This document shows positions 34,648 through 45,773 of a DNA stretch of 64,000 bases, piece by piece. How positions within the stretch are numbered: position 1 is the stretch's first letter; the number at the start of each line of letters is the position of its first letter. A model generated the notes under the pieces. It was given only the letters and a program-made list of their open reading frames with translations, searched no databases and was not told the origin of the DNA. Both the position numbers and the translations under genes were made by a program. Source of the DNA: an uncultured cyanobacterium (GTDB lineage: Bacteria > Cyanobacteriota > Cyanobacteriia > Cyanobacteriales > Nostocaceae); contig OY970166.1 in the NCBI GenBank assembly GCA_963706595.1, forward strand, positions 4,864,001 to 4,928,000, read 5' to 3'.

Positions 34648-35001
34648 ATGAGTTTGTACGAAAACATTGGTGGACAACCCACAATTGAAAAAGTAGTTGA
34701 TGCCTTTCACAAGAGCGTTATGGCAGACGGTAGCCTCAAAGGTTACTTCGCTAAAACCGATATGGCTAAACAACGCGCTCATCAAATTGCTTTCTTCTCT
34801 CAAATATTTGACGGACCAAAGCAATATGGTGGTCGTCCAATGGAAAAAACCCACACAGGTATGAAGTTAAACGACCAACACTTTGATGCTGTTGCCAAGC
34901 ATTTGGGTGCAGCAATGGCCTCAGCCGGAGTATCCGCAGAAAACAGCAGCGCTGCAATGGCTAAAGTCTCTGGCTTAAAGGCTTCTATTTTGAACAAATA
35001 G
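34648..35001 (+). CDS. glbN: Cyanoglobin (group I truncated hemoglobin)
   Basis: SLYENIGG, F..TDMAKQRAHQ..F, GPKQYGGRPM.KTHTGM, HFDAVAKHL; nifU-nifH position. Confidence 0.92.
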   Translation: MSLYENIGGQPTIEKVVDAFHKSVMADGSLKGYFAKTDMAKQRAHQIAFFSQIFDGPKQYGGRPMEKTHTGMKLNDQHFDAVAKHLGAAMASAGVSAENSSAAMAKVSGLKASILNK

Positions 35002-35301
35002 GACTTGGGCATTGATTGGCGAATCATTACGTCAAATCCTGCTTGTTATCTCCACATATTTGTACAGTGTGTAATTCCTTTGTCATTTGCTTGACAAGTG
35101 GCAAAGGAAACCAAATAAACAAAAAATTAACCTGAATCATTATGACACCAATACCCCTCGATTTTGCTGTGGAGCGATCGCCCCCGGCCTGTGCTTAAGC
35201 ACAATCGTCCCCGGCGACGTTCTACATCCGCTCACTGCTGTAGCTCAACAGGCGTGAACGTCAACAAACAGACCCACTAACCAACCAATTGCAGGAGATA
35301 A

Positions 35302-36192
<891 letters not shown>

Positions 36193-36327
36193 TAAGATTT
36201 CAGCCGAAGGAAAAAGGAAGAATTTCAGATTTGACCTTTAACCTTCACCCTTGCATCTCCCCCTACTAAACCTAGAGGGGACTCTAAGTCCCCTATTCCC
36301 AGAACCTTACGAATCGGAGAGGATAAA

Positions 36328-37690
36328 ATGACACCTCCAGAAAACAACAAGACTGTTGAAGAAAGAAAGGAACTTATTAAAGAAGTTCTCAGTGCTTACC
36401 CAGATAAAGCTAAGAAAAAACGCGAAAAGCACTTAAATGTATTTGAAGAAGGTAAGAGCGATTGCGGCGTTAAATCTAACGTCAAATCTCTTCCTGGTGT
36501 AATGACCGCTCGTGGTTGTGCTTATGCAGGTTCCAAGGGTGTGGTTTGGGGTCCTATTAAGGACATGATCCACATCAGTCACGGACCTGTTGGTTGCGGT
36601 TACTGGTCTTGGTCTGGTCGTCGTAACTACTACATTGGTACTACAGGTATTGATACCTTTGGTACTATGCACTTCACCTCTGACTTCCAAGAAAGAGACA
36701 TCGTTTTTGGTGGTGACAAGAAACTACTGAAATTGATCCAAGAATTAGAAGTACTCTTCCCTCTGAACCGTGGTGTATCCATTCAATCTGAATGTCCCAT
36801 CGGTCTAATTGGGGATGACATCGAAGCTGTAGCTCGTAAGGCTGCAAAAGAAATCGACAAGCCAGTTGTTCCAGTTCGTTGCGAAGGTTTCCGGGGTGTT
36901 TCTCAATCTTTGGGACACCACATCGCTAACGACATGATTCGTGACTGGGTATTCCCTAGATCCGATAAGGCTAAGGCTGACGGTTCACTGAACTTTAATT
37001 CTACTCCTTATGATGTAGCCATCATTGGTGACTACAACATCGGTGGTGATGCTTGGGCGAGCCGTATTCTTCTAGAAGAAATCGGTTTGCGCGTAGTTGC
37101 TCAGTGGTCTGGTGATGGTACTATCAACGAAATGTTGATGACCCCCAACGTGAAGATGAACCTCATCCACTGTTACCGCTCGATGAACTACATCAGCCGT
37201 CACATGGAAGAAAAATATGGTATTCCCTGGTTGGAATACAACTTCTTCGGTCCTACCAAGATTGCTGAATCTTTACGGGAAATCGCTTCTAAGTTTGACG
37301 AAAAAATCCAAGCAAACGCTGAGAAGGTTATTGCTAAGTATCAGCCGACAATGGATGCGATCGTTAACAAGTATCGCCCCCGTTTAGACGGTAAGACTGT
37401 AGCCATGATGGTTGGTGGTCTACGTCCTCGTCACGTTGTCCCAGCTTTCCTAGACTTGGGTATGAAGATGATTGGTACTGGTTATGAGTTCGCTCATAAT
37501 GATGACTACAAACGTACCACTCACTACATCGAAAATGGTACTATCGTTTACGATGACGTGACCGCCTACGAATTTGAGGAGTTTATCAAAGCCCTCAAGC
37601 CTGACTTAGTAGCTTCTGGTGTGAAAGAGAAGTACGTCTTCCAAAAGATGGGTCTACCTTTCCGTCAAATGCACTCTTGGGATTACTCCG
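36328..37690 (+). CDS. nifD: Nitrogenase MoFe alpha subunit, 5' segment (joined to 43715-43857 after excision; 501 aa total)
   Basis: [23 protein letters not shown], then a break at GGATTACTCCG. Joined length 1363+143=1506 nt, in frame. Confidence 0.96.
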
Positions 37691-38226
37691 AACCTAGCCA
37701 TAGGTCCTGAAATTCAATGACAGCAGCATTTTTTGACGGTGAGATAAAAAATAATTTCTTTTTAGTCTAAATGCAAGTTTTAGGATGATCTAGAAACTAT
37801 ATATTTGTGATGCTTTAAATAATATAACTCTTATCTGGGATAGTGTTGAGGAATTAATTAAATTTTGCTGAAATTAAAACTGTAAAATGAGCGACTATTT
37901 TGAGTGATATTTTTTTAGATTAAATGGTGCGATCGCATCATAGTTTGATTTCAGGAAGGCAGAAACCCTGAGATGTCAGGAGATTATGCCCAAGTAATTT
38001 ATAAGCTCACTAGGTAATTAATAAGCTTAGAGGATGTTTGTAAAGTCTAATTTATTACTAGCCCTGGCGACTAGAAGTTGCGGCTATACAGACAAAACCC
38101 GCCTGCGCGGGTTAAAAACCTTAATTCTTCATTAGTCCAGGTCGCTGGACTTTGCTTGTGTAGTAGCGTTCGCCTTTGGCGTTGCGAAGCAATATTATAT
38201 TCGCCCAAAACTTTTAAAACATCCTC

Positions 38227-38769
38227 TTAGAAACCTAAGTGATCAAGGTGTGGATCAAGTGCAACAAAACGATTACACGCATCTTTTAACTCTTGTGCGG
38301 CATGATTCCAGAAAAATAGCTCAACGGTAAAACCATCATCACGCAAAGTTTCAATAGCCGGTATAAAGTCGCCGTCGCCTGCTACTAAAGTAATAACATC
38401 TTCACCCTTATGCATTTTTGTATAAGCATCTCGCATCATCGCTGTCACAATACCTGTATCAACTTTTTTCTCTCTATTTGCAGCATTTCGATCAACAATT
38501 ATAGTTTCAAATCCTGCCCTCTCAGCGATTCCCCAGAGTGAATCATTTGCCGGAGGCCGCGAACCAAATAAAACTGCTCTCTGAATCTTGGCGGGGTCGC
38601 TTCCTGCTGTAAAGCTATGCAGTTTACCAAAATCAAGGCGATAGCTATTGTCGATAATGTTCTTGTTCATCGCATCATAAATATTCGCCACTAAAGCTTT
38701 CCGAACAGCACTAACACGTTTGCTTTCAATGAAAACATTGGAATTATCTACATACACAAAATTAGACAT
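38227..38769 (-). CDS. NYN/LabA (PIN-fold) domain protein
   Basis: VYVDNSN, REKKVD, LVAGDGDFIP acidic motifs. Confidence 0.85.
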   Translation of the reverse strand: MSNFVYVDNSNVFIESKRVSAVRKALVANIYDAMNKNIIDNSYRLDFGKLHSFTAGSDPAKIQRAVLFGSRPPANDSLWGIAERAGFETIIVDRNAANREKKVDTGIVTAMMRDAYTKMHKGEDVITLVAGDGDFIPAIETLRDDGFTVELFFWNHAAQELKDACNRFVALDPHLDHLGF

Positions 38770-38943
38770 AGGATTTTTAAACTTGTATAATTATTTACTT
38801 AATAATCAGATATATCATAGCCTAAAACAGTTCAGTTAAAGCTAAAAACTAAAACTGGTGTGAGTGAGATTGAGGAATGCAACTTCTTAACTTGATCAAA
38901 ATCTTGTTGGGTTTCGTTGTCACTCCACCCAAGTTACTGTGGT

Positions 38944-39522
38944 TCAATCTGGGAAAGCCGCACCAGTCATGGGATCACTGATATACAATCCCAGCGTGAG
39001 ACTACGCATGGCCTCATCCCAAACGGGTATTAGTTGCGCTGCTTGATCTGCCCAATAATCAAATGTAATCAAACACTGTACATTTGACCCCAAACCAATG
39101 CAAGTCCGTGAAAAAGCTTCCCGTGGTTCTTCCTGAGTGTCAATAAATTTAATCTCTGTCCACACAATTCTGGCAGTTTGGCGCTTGACGGTAATAATTT
39201 CTCCCCTAGCGATGACGTTGCGACTATCTTCTTCCATGATTTTCCTCAAAGTAGATTTTAGGGGAAATAAGCTCCAGTCACGGGAAGGCAGAGGATTGAA
39301 AGATACTTCCAAGCAGCAATCGTCTTTGGGCGGTTTTTGATCGCAGAACTTGAATGATTTTTCTTGTGGCTCAAAAACCCAATTTTGGGGGACATTGAGG
39401 CGAACAGCCCCCCGATCTGCTACAAAGATTTTATAGCCTGATGGAGATTCCCAGCGATGATCGGGTTTTAGTTCCAGGGTTTCTTTAATCCACTGGAGAT
39501 TGCTTTTTTTACGCTTTGCCAT
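38944..39522 (-). CDS. Hypothetical protein in the nifD element
   Basis: 192-aa ORF with ATG start and protein-like composition; no recognisable motif. Confidence 0.7.
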   Translation of the reverse strand: MAKRKKSNLQWIKETLELKPDHRWESPSGYKIFVADRGAVRLNVPQNWVFEPQEKSFKFCDQKPPKDDCCLEVSFNPLPSRDWSLFPLKSTLRKIMEEDSRNVIARGEIITVKRQTARIVWTEIKFIDTQEEPREAFSRTCIGLGSNVQCLITFDYWADQAAQLIPVWDEAMRSLTLGLYISDPMTGAAFPD

Positions 39523-39801
39523 AGTATTTTTGCAAATGTTAGCGTAGGTTGTTGCAGGCGATCGCCCACTTCGTTAATCATACCAAATTGCTACTATTTA
39601 GGGATATTATTGAGCAATGGTGGAGAAACAAGTTTTTCAACTGTGATTTTTCCTATGAATGGGTTTAGATATTTTGGAATTTCAGATAAAGATTCTATTG
39701 GAGAAATTACCATAAAATCCCCTAAAAAACCCAAAAATCTTGACAAAACGCGAATTATCAAATATATTCCTTTCAAATGTGAATTAAATGCAAATTTCAT
39801 C

Positions 39802-40200
39802 ATGAGTATACAAATTGCCGGAAAATACAGCTTTGTCTCCCAAGAGAACTTCGAGGAATACTTGAAGGCTGAGGATCTTGGGATGATCAAGCGAAATGTT
39901 TTAGCAAAAACCACTCCGGACATGATAGTGGAGATTGATGGCGATAACTTCACCGTTACGACCATCACGAACCTCAAGACCATCAAGATCAGCTTTACCT
40001 TGGGACAGGAGTATAAGTGCGATCCAGGAACGGACAAAGTTAACAACTACATCACCACTTTGGAAGGGGGTGACACCTTGGTGAGCAAAAACCTTGACGA
40101 TGACTCTTCCACGTCTGCGATGAAGTTCACCGACGATAATTTGATTATCACCATGACAGCGAAAGGAATCACTGCAACCAGAACATTCAAAAGAGCCTAA
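39802..40200 (+). CDS. Cytosolic fatty-acid-binding protein (FABP/iLBP, calycin fold), 132 aa
   Basis: GKYSFVSQENFEEYLKA (FABP N-terminal signature), DGDNFTVTT, ISFTLGQEY, C-terminal GITATRTFKRA; FABP-typical length. Confidence 0.8.
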   Translation: MSIQIAGKYSFVSQENFEEYLKAEDLGMIKRNVLAKTTPDMIVEIDGDNFTVTTITNLKTIKISFTLGQEYKCDPGTDKVNNYITTLEGGDTLVSKNLDDDSSTSAMKFTDDNLIITMTAKGITATRTFKRA

Positions 40201-40320
40201 ACAAATAGGACTTGATATTCGGTGTTGCTGAATTTGAAAATGAAATGCCAAAATTACGTTTTTTGTTGCTTGCGCTTTTGTGTGTGAACCTCAGCAGGGC
40301 GTACTTTAAATCAGCAACGT

Positions 40321-40575
40321 CTAATTTTTAACTGAGTAATATCTTCAAAAGTAGGGTGTGTTGTCCCGTGGAGCAACGCACCACAGCAATAATTTTCTAG
40401 ATTGCGATCGCCTAACTTTTAACTGAGTGATATCTTCAAAAGTAGGGTGTGTTGTCGCGTAGCGCAACGCACCGCAGCAATAATTTTCTATATTGCGATC
40501 GCCTAACTTTTAACTGAGTGATATCCTCAAAAGTAGGGTGTGTTGTCGCATAGCGCAACGCACCGCAGCAATAAT
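40321..40575 (+). repeat. Tandem 91-bp units, each carrying a GTAG-type REP (3 copies)
   Basis: REPs GTAGGGTGTGTTGTCGCGTAGCGCAACGCACC (variants) start at 40351, 40442 and 40533; HIP1 at the unit junctions (40404-40411, 40495-40502). Confidence 0.9.
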
Positions 40576-40612
40576 GGGCATCCTAGAAAACAAACCCCAT
40601 TTTCTCACATCC

Positions 40613-41164
40613 ATGTCCAACTACCGCAGACCTGACATTTCCGGCGGAACCTACTTTATTACCCAAGTTACCTATCAAAGACAACCCTGGCTTTGCTCAG
40701 ATACTGGACGTATTGGCCTGCGTGCTGCTTTTAATCATGTCCGCAAGAATTACCCTTTCTCAATAGATGCCTTTGTTCTACTCCCTGATCACTTTCACGC
40801 CCTATGGACTCTACCTGAAGGCGATCGCAATCTATCTATGCGGATGCTTTTAATTAAACGTTTTGTAACTAAATACTACGGTCATCAGTTAGGGCTTGAT
40901 GTTGATATTACGCGATCGCGCCAGAAGCGAAAAGAAGGAAACCTCTGGCAACGCAGATTTTGGGAGCATTTAATTAGAGATGATGTTGATTTTGCCAATC
41001 ATTGCGATTACATCCACTACAATCCTGTACGGCATCAGCTTTGTGAATCACCGCAACAATGGGCGTTTTCGAGCATTCATCGTTTAATCGAGCAGAATAT
41101 TTACCCGTTAGATTGGGGTAGCAATGGGGAAGTGCAGCTTTCCTCGGACATTTGGGATGTTTAA
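40613..41164 (+). CDS. REP-associated tyrosine transposase (RAYT/TnpA-REP, HUH Y1)
   Basis: GGTYFIT, VLLPDHFH (HUH), LWQRRFWEHLIRD, DYIHYNPV.H, W.FSS; flanked by inverted REPs. Confidence 0.92.
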   Translation: MSNYRRPDISGGTYFITQVTYQRQPWLCSDTGRIGLRAAFNHVRKNYPFSIDAFVLLPDHFHALWTLPEGDRNLSMRMLLIKRFVTKYYGHQLGLDVDITRSRQKRKEGNLWQRRFWEHLIRDDVDFANHCDYIHYNPVRHQLCESPQQWAFSSIHRLIEQNIYPLDWGSNGEVQLSSDIWDV

Positions 41165-41170
41165 GATGGC

Positions 41171-41202
41171 GGTGCGTTGCGCTACGCGACAACACACCCT
41201 AC
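41171..41202 (-). repeat. REP, inverted, downstream of RAYT
   Basis: GGTGCGTTGCGCTACGCGACAACACACCCTAC; another copy at 41878-41909 (+). Confidence 0.9.
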
Positions 41203-41264
41203 AGGAAAGATGCTCTTGTGCTAGTTTTCTCATATATGAGTTTATCTGTATATATTCAGAAGTT

Positions 41265-41699
41265 TTAGAATTCATCCAGCATTCTTTTTAAGCTCTCTAA
41301 ATCTGAGCCGTCTATATATTCTAAATTAGTAACTGCTAAAGTATGTGGTATATTAAGAGAGTTTATTAATTCTTGAATTTGTTGCAAATGCAGTGAGTTT
41401 TGTTTTAGAAGATTGTTAGTGATTCTTTGTTGTTCAATGATTTGGATTTTGGTAGATTCTAATTCTCTTTTAATTTTGAGTAACTGCAATCCAATACCTT
41501 CGTATTTATAACTAATAATATTTTGTTCCGTATCCAAATCTGGAATAAGTGTAGAAATTTCTTTTATTCTTGCCCACCTGCGTTTAAGTTTATTAATTTC
41601 AGCAGTTCGATCAGTCCCAAGTTTTAATTCCACGAACTTATGGGCAGCAATAGCTTCAATAAATCCTTTACGTAATTCCTCCAAATCATCTTCTTGCAT
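41265..41699 (-). CDS. Hypothetical protein (coiled-coil-like, AT-rich gene)
   Basis: 144-aa ORF between two REPs; no motif recognised. Confidence 0.55.
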   Translation of the reverse strand: MQEDDLEELRKGFIEAIAAHKFVELKLGTDRTAEINKLKRRWARIKEISTLIPDLDTEQNIISYKYEGIGLQLLKIKRELESTKIQIIEQQRITNNLLKQNSLHLQQIQELINSLNIPHTLAVTNLEYIDGSDLESLKRMLDEF

Positions 41700-41921
41700 A
41701 GTTTATAATTATGTGGCAATTTATTTAAGTTTAAACTTAAGCTAGCTGACGAGCAACGGTAATTATATCTAATTTATGTAACCCTCTTCTATCACTCTGA
41801 GGAAAGAAAAATAATAATTTATGATTATTTGATTGGCGAAAGCAACGAAAATGGGTTTAAATGCACGCAGGAAAGAACTAGGGTGTGTTGTCGCGCAGCG
41901 CAACGCACCACATAAATTTAC

Positions 41922-43223
41922 TTAACTACGCTTATAAACCAACTCCATCCTCAACTTCTCAACCTCCATTTTCAACCTTTCATTCTCCATCATCAACCTG
42001 CCATTCTCCTCTCGAATCACCTCAACTTCATTCCTCTTACTCAAAGCCTGATTAATCGCCAACTTCCGCATATCCAGAGAGAACCAACGCTGATAAGTTT
42101 CCGTATGCACTTGCACACTATGCCCCAAATTATCCGCCGCCGCTTTAATTGGTATACCTAAAATATGCGCCCGAATCGCCCAAGCGTGACGTAAATCATA
42201 AGGCTTAAAATCCAAACCAATTTTACGAAACCACCAACTAACCCGTTGAGTTAAAGCCGTTATTTCAGCATGATTAGTATTATCTTTCTTACTAATTGCA
42301 GTTGCCAACATCTCTAAATATTTAGGATTTCTTAAATCAAATTCCGAAATCCATTGTTTATATAAAGGTAAAGCTTCCCTTTCCCCCGTTTTACAATCTT
42401 TATGGACTTTCCATGTTAAATCTGCATTCTCTTGACTTAACCACCAATCAATATTAGGATTAATAAATAATTCCCGTGGACGTAAACCGAAAACTGCTAA
42501 CATTCCATAAGTCCAGCGCCAAAGCTGCCAGCTATCTTTAACATTTTGGTTAACTTGATTACCCCTGTTAGTTAAATAATTCTCAAACTTAATAATTCCT
42601 GCGAATATTTCAGCATCTGTCGGTATATTCCGGGGATTATTCTCCGGGATTTTAGAATATTGAGATAAATCAATTTCAATTTTAAACGTCTGACAAAAAG
42701 CTGATATAGCTCTCGCAGCATTATATTTTGCCCATTCTTTATCAATTTTTTCAATTGAAATGATTAAATTTTCAGGTGTTGCTAAATCTTGAGCATCAGT
42801 AAATCGCTTGGTGCGGGAAAAATAATAAAAAAAAGTATGTTCGCTTTTCGTTGTGCGCTGATGAGTTTTAAAATACTCCGCTTCAAATTGTGCTAGTAAC
42901 TCACCTATAGTTTTACATTCTTTTGTAATCGCATCATTACCTAAATATTTATCATTCCATTCAAAAGATTTACGAGCAATTAACTTGCCTAATTCATAAG
43001 CTTCTTCCTCAGCCGTCTTGAGTCCATCCAAGTTAGCAGGAATATTCAAGCTGAGATTATATTGCTTTTTCCCCGTTCCTCTGGTGTCCTTGTCTCCAGG
43101 TTTAATTGGTAACGTCGCCCGTAATTGCAGACTTCCATTTGATGCTCTCACGGTTACTCTTGCTTTTGCAGACTTCAAACGCAGATTTACTTGCTCTAAC
43201 TCTAATAGTAATTTTGTGATCAT
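41922..43223 (-). CDS. xisA: nifD element excisase (tyrosine recombinase)
   Basis: NGSLQLRATLPIKPGD, NLSLNIPANLDGLKTAEEEAYELG; catalytic GLRPRE, KTG, DLRHAWA, LGHS...H.ETY. Confidence 0.95.
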   Translation of the reverse strand: MITKLLLELEQVNLRLKSAKARVTVRASNGSLQLRATLPIKPGDKDTRGTGKKQYNLSLNIPANLDGLKTAEEEAYELGKLIARKSFEWNDKYLGNDAITKECKTIGELLAQFEAEYFKTHQRTTKSEHTFFYYFSRTKRFTDAQDLATPENLIISIEKIDKEWAKYNAARAISAFCQTFKIEIDLSQYSKIPENNPRNIPTDAEIFAGIIKFENYLTNRGNQVNQNVKDSWQLWRWTYGMLAVFGLRPRELFINPNIDWWLSQENADLTWKVHKDCKTGEREALPLYKQWISEFDLRNPKYLEMLATAISKKDNTNHAEITALTQRVSWWFRKIGLDFKPYDLRHAWAIRAHILGIPIKAAADNLGHSVQVHTETYQRWFSLDMRKLAINQALSKRNEVEVIREENGRLMMENERLKMEVEKLRMELVYKRS

Positions 43224-43289
43224 CTGTTCTCTTTGCTGGTGTGCTTGCAGACTTCAACCAAGAAAACTGCTGTCGGTAGATGAAAATGA

Positions 43290-43562
43290 TTAGACTTGGA
43301 AACCCCGCCAAATTGAGGCTCTGTCTCCCCTCTTTGCTTGCGGGGCTAAGGTATACACACAAGTCCAAAAACCTTTCATTTTGTAGGGTGCGTTATGGAC
43401 TTTAGTCCTAACGCACCGAAGTTTAGGATGGTGCGTTGCGCTACGCGACAACACACCCTACAAAAAAAGATTTGGGGTAATTCAGTCATTTGTGTGTACA
43501 CAGTAGGTTTGCACAGAAGGGGTTGGGTGTGGGGTGCATTGTGGCGTAACTAATTAACCGAA
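43290..43562. mobile_element. Composite insertion in the xisA 5' region: MITE containing a second MITE containing a REP doublet
   Basis: Outer CCCCTC..GCTTGCGGGG-type element; inner CTAAGGTATACACACAAG...TTGTGTGTACACAGTAG (43347-43506); innermost inverted REP pair 43383-43461. Outer limits approximate. Confidence 0.7.
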
Positions 43563-43714
43563 CTTGTCTTCACCCTGATTATGCATCGCTATGATTTAGC
43601 CTATATTTAGCCTAAAAATAAATTTGTGATCAGCGAACAATGTTTATCACTGACACTGCTTACTGCAAACATTCAGATATTCAAAACTATTAAAGCATAA
43701 CAAGGAATACTCCG

Positions 43715-43857
43715 GTCCTTATCACGGTTATGATGGCTTCGCTATCTTCGCTCGTGATATGGATTTGGCACTCAACAGCCCAACTTGGGCATTAATTGGC
43801 GCTCCCTGGAACAAGAAAGCTCAAGCTAAGAAGGCTAAGGCTAAAGCAACAGCTTAG
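43715..43857 (+). CDS. nifD: NifD 3' segment
   Basis: (G)[46 protein letters not shown]. Confidence 0.95.
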
Positions 43858-44052
43858 GGAAATGGCGAAGGGATAAGTAGGGATAGCCTGGGGTTTTAGC
43901 CCCAGGGGGGAGTCGGGAATTCAAGGTTCAAAATTCAAAAATTAAAAGTTTCTTTTGATTTTTGCATTCTGAGTTTTGAGTCAGATTCCCACTCCCACCA
44001 CAGAATTCCTCAAAAAGTAACGAACGACTTCAGTAAGCTTGGAGATGTAGAA

Positions 44053-45588
44053 ATGCCTCAAAATCCAGAAAATATTCAAGACCACGTTGAGTTATTCCAC
44101 CAACCAGAATACCAACAACTATTCCAAAACAAAAAGGAATTTGAAAACGGTCACGACCCCGCAGAAGTTACACGGGTTGCAGAATGGACCAAAGGTTGGG
44201 AATATCGTGAAAAGAACTTCGCTCGTGAAGCTTTAACAGTTAACCCAGCTAAAGGTTGTCAACCTTTAGGCGCAATCTTTGCGGCTGTTGGTTTTGAAGG
44301 CACAATGCCTTTCGTTCAAGGTTCTCAAGGTTGCGTTGCTTACTTCCGTACCCACTTAACCCGTCACTACAAAGAACCATTCTCTGGTGTGTCTTCTTCA
44401 ATGACTGAAGATGCGGCGGTGTTCGGTGGTTTGCAAAACATGATTGACGGTTTGGCGAACTCTTACCAACTGTACAAGCCTAAAATGATTGCTGTCTGCA
44501 CCACCTGTATGGCAGAAGTAATTGGTGATGACTTACAGTCATTCATCAACAACGCTAAAGAAGCTGGTTCAGTTCCTCAAGATTTCCCAGTACCTTACGC
44601 TCACACTCCTAGCTTTGTGGGTTCCCACATCACTGGTTACGACAACATGATGAAGGGGATTCTTTCTAACCTGACCGCAGGTAAGAAGAAAGCTACCAGC
44701 AACGGCAAAATCAACTTCATCCCAGGTTTTGATACTTATGTAGGCAACAACCGGGAAATCAAACGCATTTCTTCCTTGTTCGGCTTTGACTACACCATTC
44801 TTGCTGACAACAGCGACTATTTAGATTCACCCAACACAGGTGAGTTTGATATGTATCCAGGTGGTACAAAGTTAGAAGATGCAGCAGATTCAATTAATGC
44901 TAAAGCTACAATTGCTCTGCAAGCATATTCTACCACCAAAACCCGTGAATACATTGAAAAAGAGTGGAAGCAACCCACTGTAGTTTCCCGTCCTTGGGGT
45001 ATCAAGGGTACTGATGAGTTCTTGATGAAACTCAGTGAACTAAGTGGTATAGCCATTCCCGAAGAACTAGAAATTGACCGGGGACGTGCAGTTGATGCCA
45101 TGACTGACTCTCATTCATGGGTTCACGGTAAGCGCTTTGCTATCTTTGGTGAGCCAGATTTAGTAATCAGCGTAGTTGGCTTTATGTTGGAAATGGGTGC
45201 TGAACCTGTCCACATCCTAGTTAACAACTCCAACGAAGTATTTGAAAAAGAACTTCAAGCTTTACTAGATTCTAGTCCTTTTGGTCAAGGCGCAACCATC
45301 TGGGGCGGTAAAGACCTATGGCATATGCGTTCCTTGTTGTTCACCGAACCCGTAGACTTGCTCATCGGTAACTCCTACGGTAAGTACCTATGGCGCGATT
45401 GTAAGGTTCCCTTCGTTAGAATTGGCTATCCGATCATGGATCGCCACCACTTACACCGCTACAGCACCATTGGCTACCAAGGTGTGATCAACTTGCTCAA
45501 CTGGATTGTTAATACAATCTTTGAGGACATTGACCGCAACACCAATATTCCTTCTAAGACTGATATTTCTTACGACTTGATTCGTTAA
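44053..45588 (+). CDS. nifK: Nitrogenase MoFe beta subunit
   Basis: [36 protein letters not shown]. Confidence 0.98.
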   Translation: MPQNPENIQDHVELFHQPEYQQLFQNKKEFENGHDPAEVTRVAEWTKGWEYREKNFAREALTVNPAKGCQPLGAIFAAVGFEGTMPFVQGSQGCVAYFRTHLTRHYKEPFSGVSSSMTEDAAVFGGLQNMIDGLANSYQLYKPKMIAVCTTCMAEVIGDDLQSFINNAKEAGSVPQDFPVPYAHTPSFVGSHITGYDNMMKGILSNLTAGKKKATSNGKINFIPGFDTYVGNNREIKRISSLFGFDYTILADNSDYLDSPNTGEFDMYPGGTKLEDAADSINAKATIALQAYSTTKTREYIEKEWKQPTVVSRPWGIKGTDEFLMKLSELSGIAIPEELEIDRGRAVDAMTDSHSWVHGKRFAIFGEPDLVISVVGFMLEMGAEPVHILVNNSNEVFEKELQALLDSSPFGQGATIWGGKDLWHMRSLLFTEPVDLLIGNSYGKYLWRDCKVPFVRIGYPIMDRHHLHRYSTIGYQGVINLLNWIVNTIFEDIDRNTNIPSKTDISYDLIR

Positions 45589-45773
45589 GAATTGGTTACG
45601 CAGCGTGCTAATTAGGTAAGTCAGGGGAATAGGGAGTAGGGAGAGACGCGATGAATCGCGTCTGTACAAGAAATTGGGAAAGAAAGAGTTTTCCTAATAT
45701 CTGATACTGAATCTTCCATCCCAATCCCCAACTTACCTTCCTTTTTTTCTCGCATTTACCTGAGATATCTATT

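Larger units (their letters stand above)
37680..43714. mobile_element. nifD excision element (6,024 bp excised) bounded by 11-bp direct repeats
   Basis: GGATTACTCCG at 37680-37690 and GGAATACTCCG at 43704-43714; contains xisA; joining restores [21 protein letters not shown]. Confidence 0.95.

Noticed and set aside
36328..37710. nifD as a truncated pseudogene (460-aa ORF ending EPSHRS)
   Set aside because: The missing 3' end is at 43715-43857 and is restored in frame by excision.
39610..39801. N-terminal extensions in the ORF track (FABP; also VWA 8657, nifU 33495, glbN 34606, RAYT 40538)
   Set aside because: They come from upstream non-coding or repeat DNA; family similarity starts at the downstream ATG.
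40321..40575. Possible CRISPR array
   Set aside because: The sequences between palindromes are near-identical, not unique spacers; no cas genes; repeats are GTAG REPs beside a RAYT.
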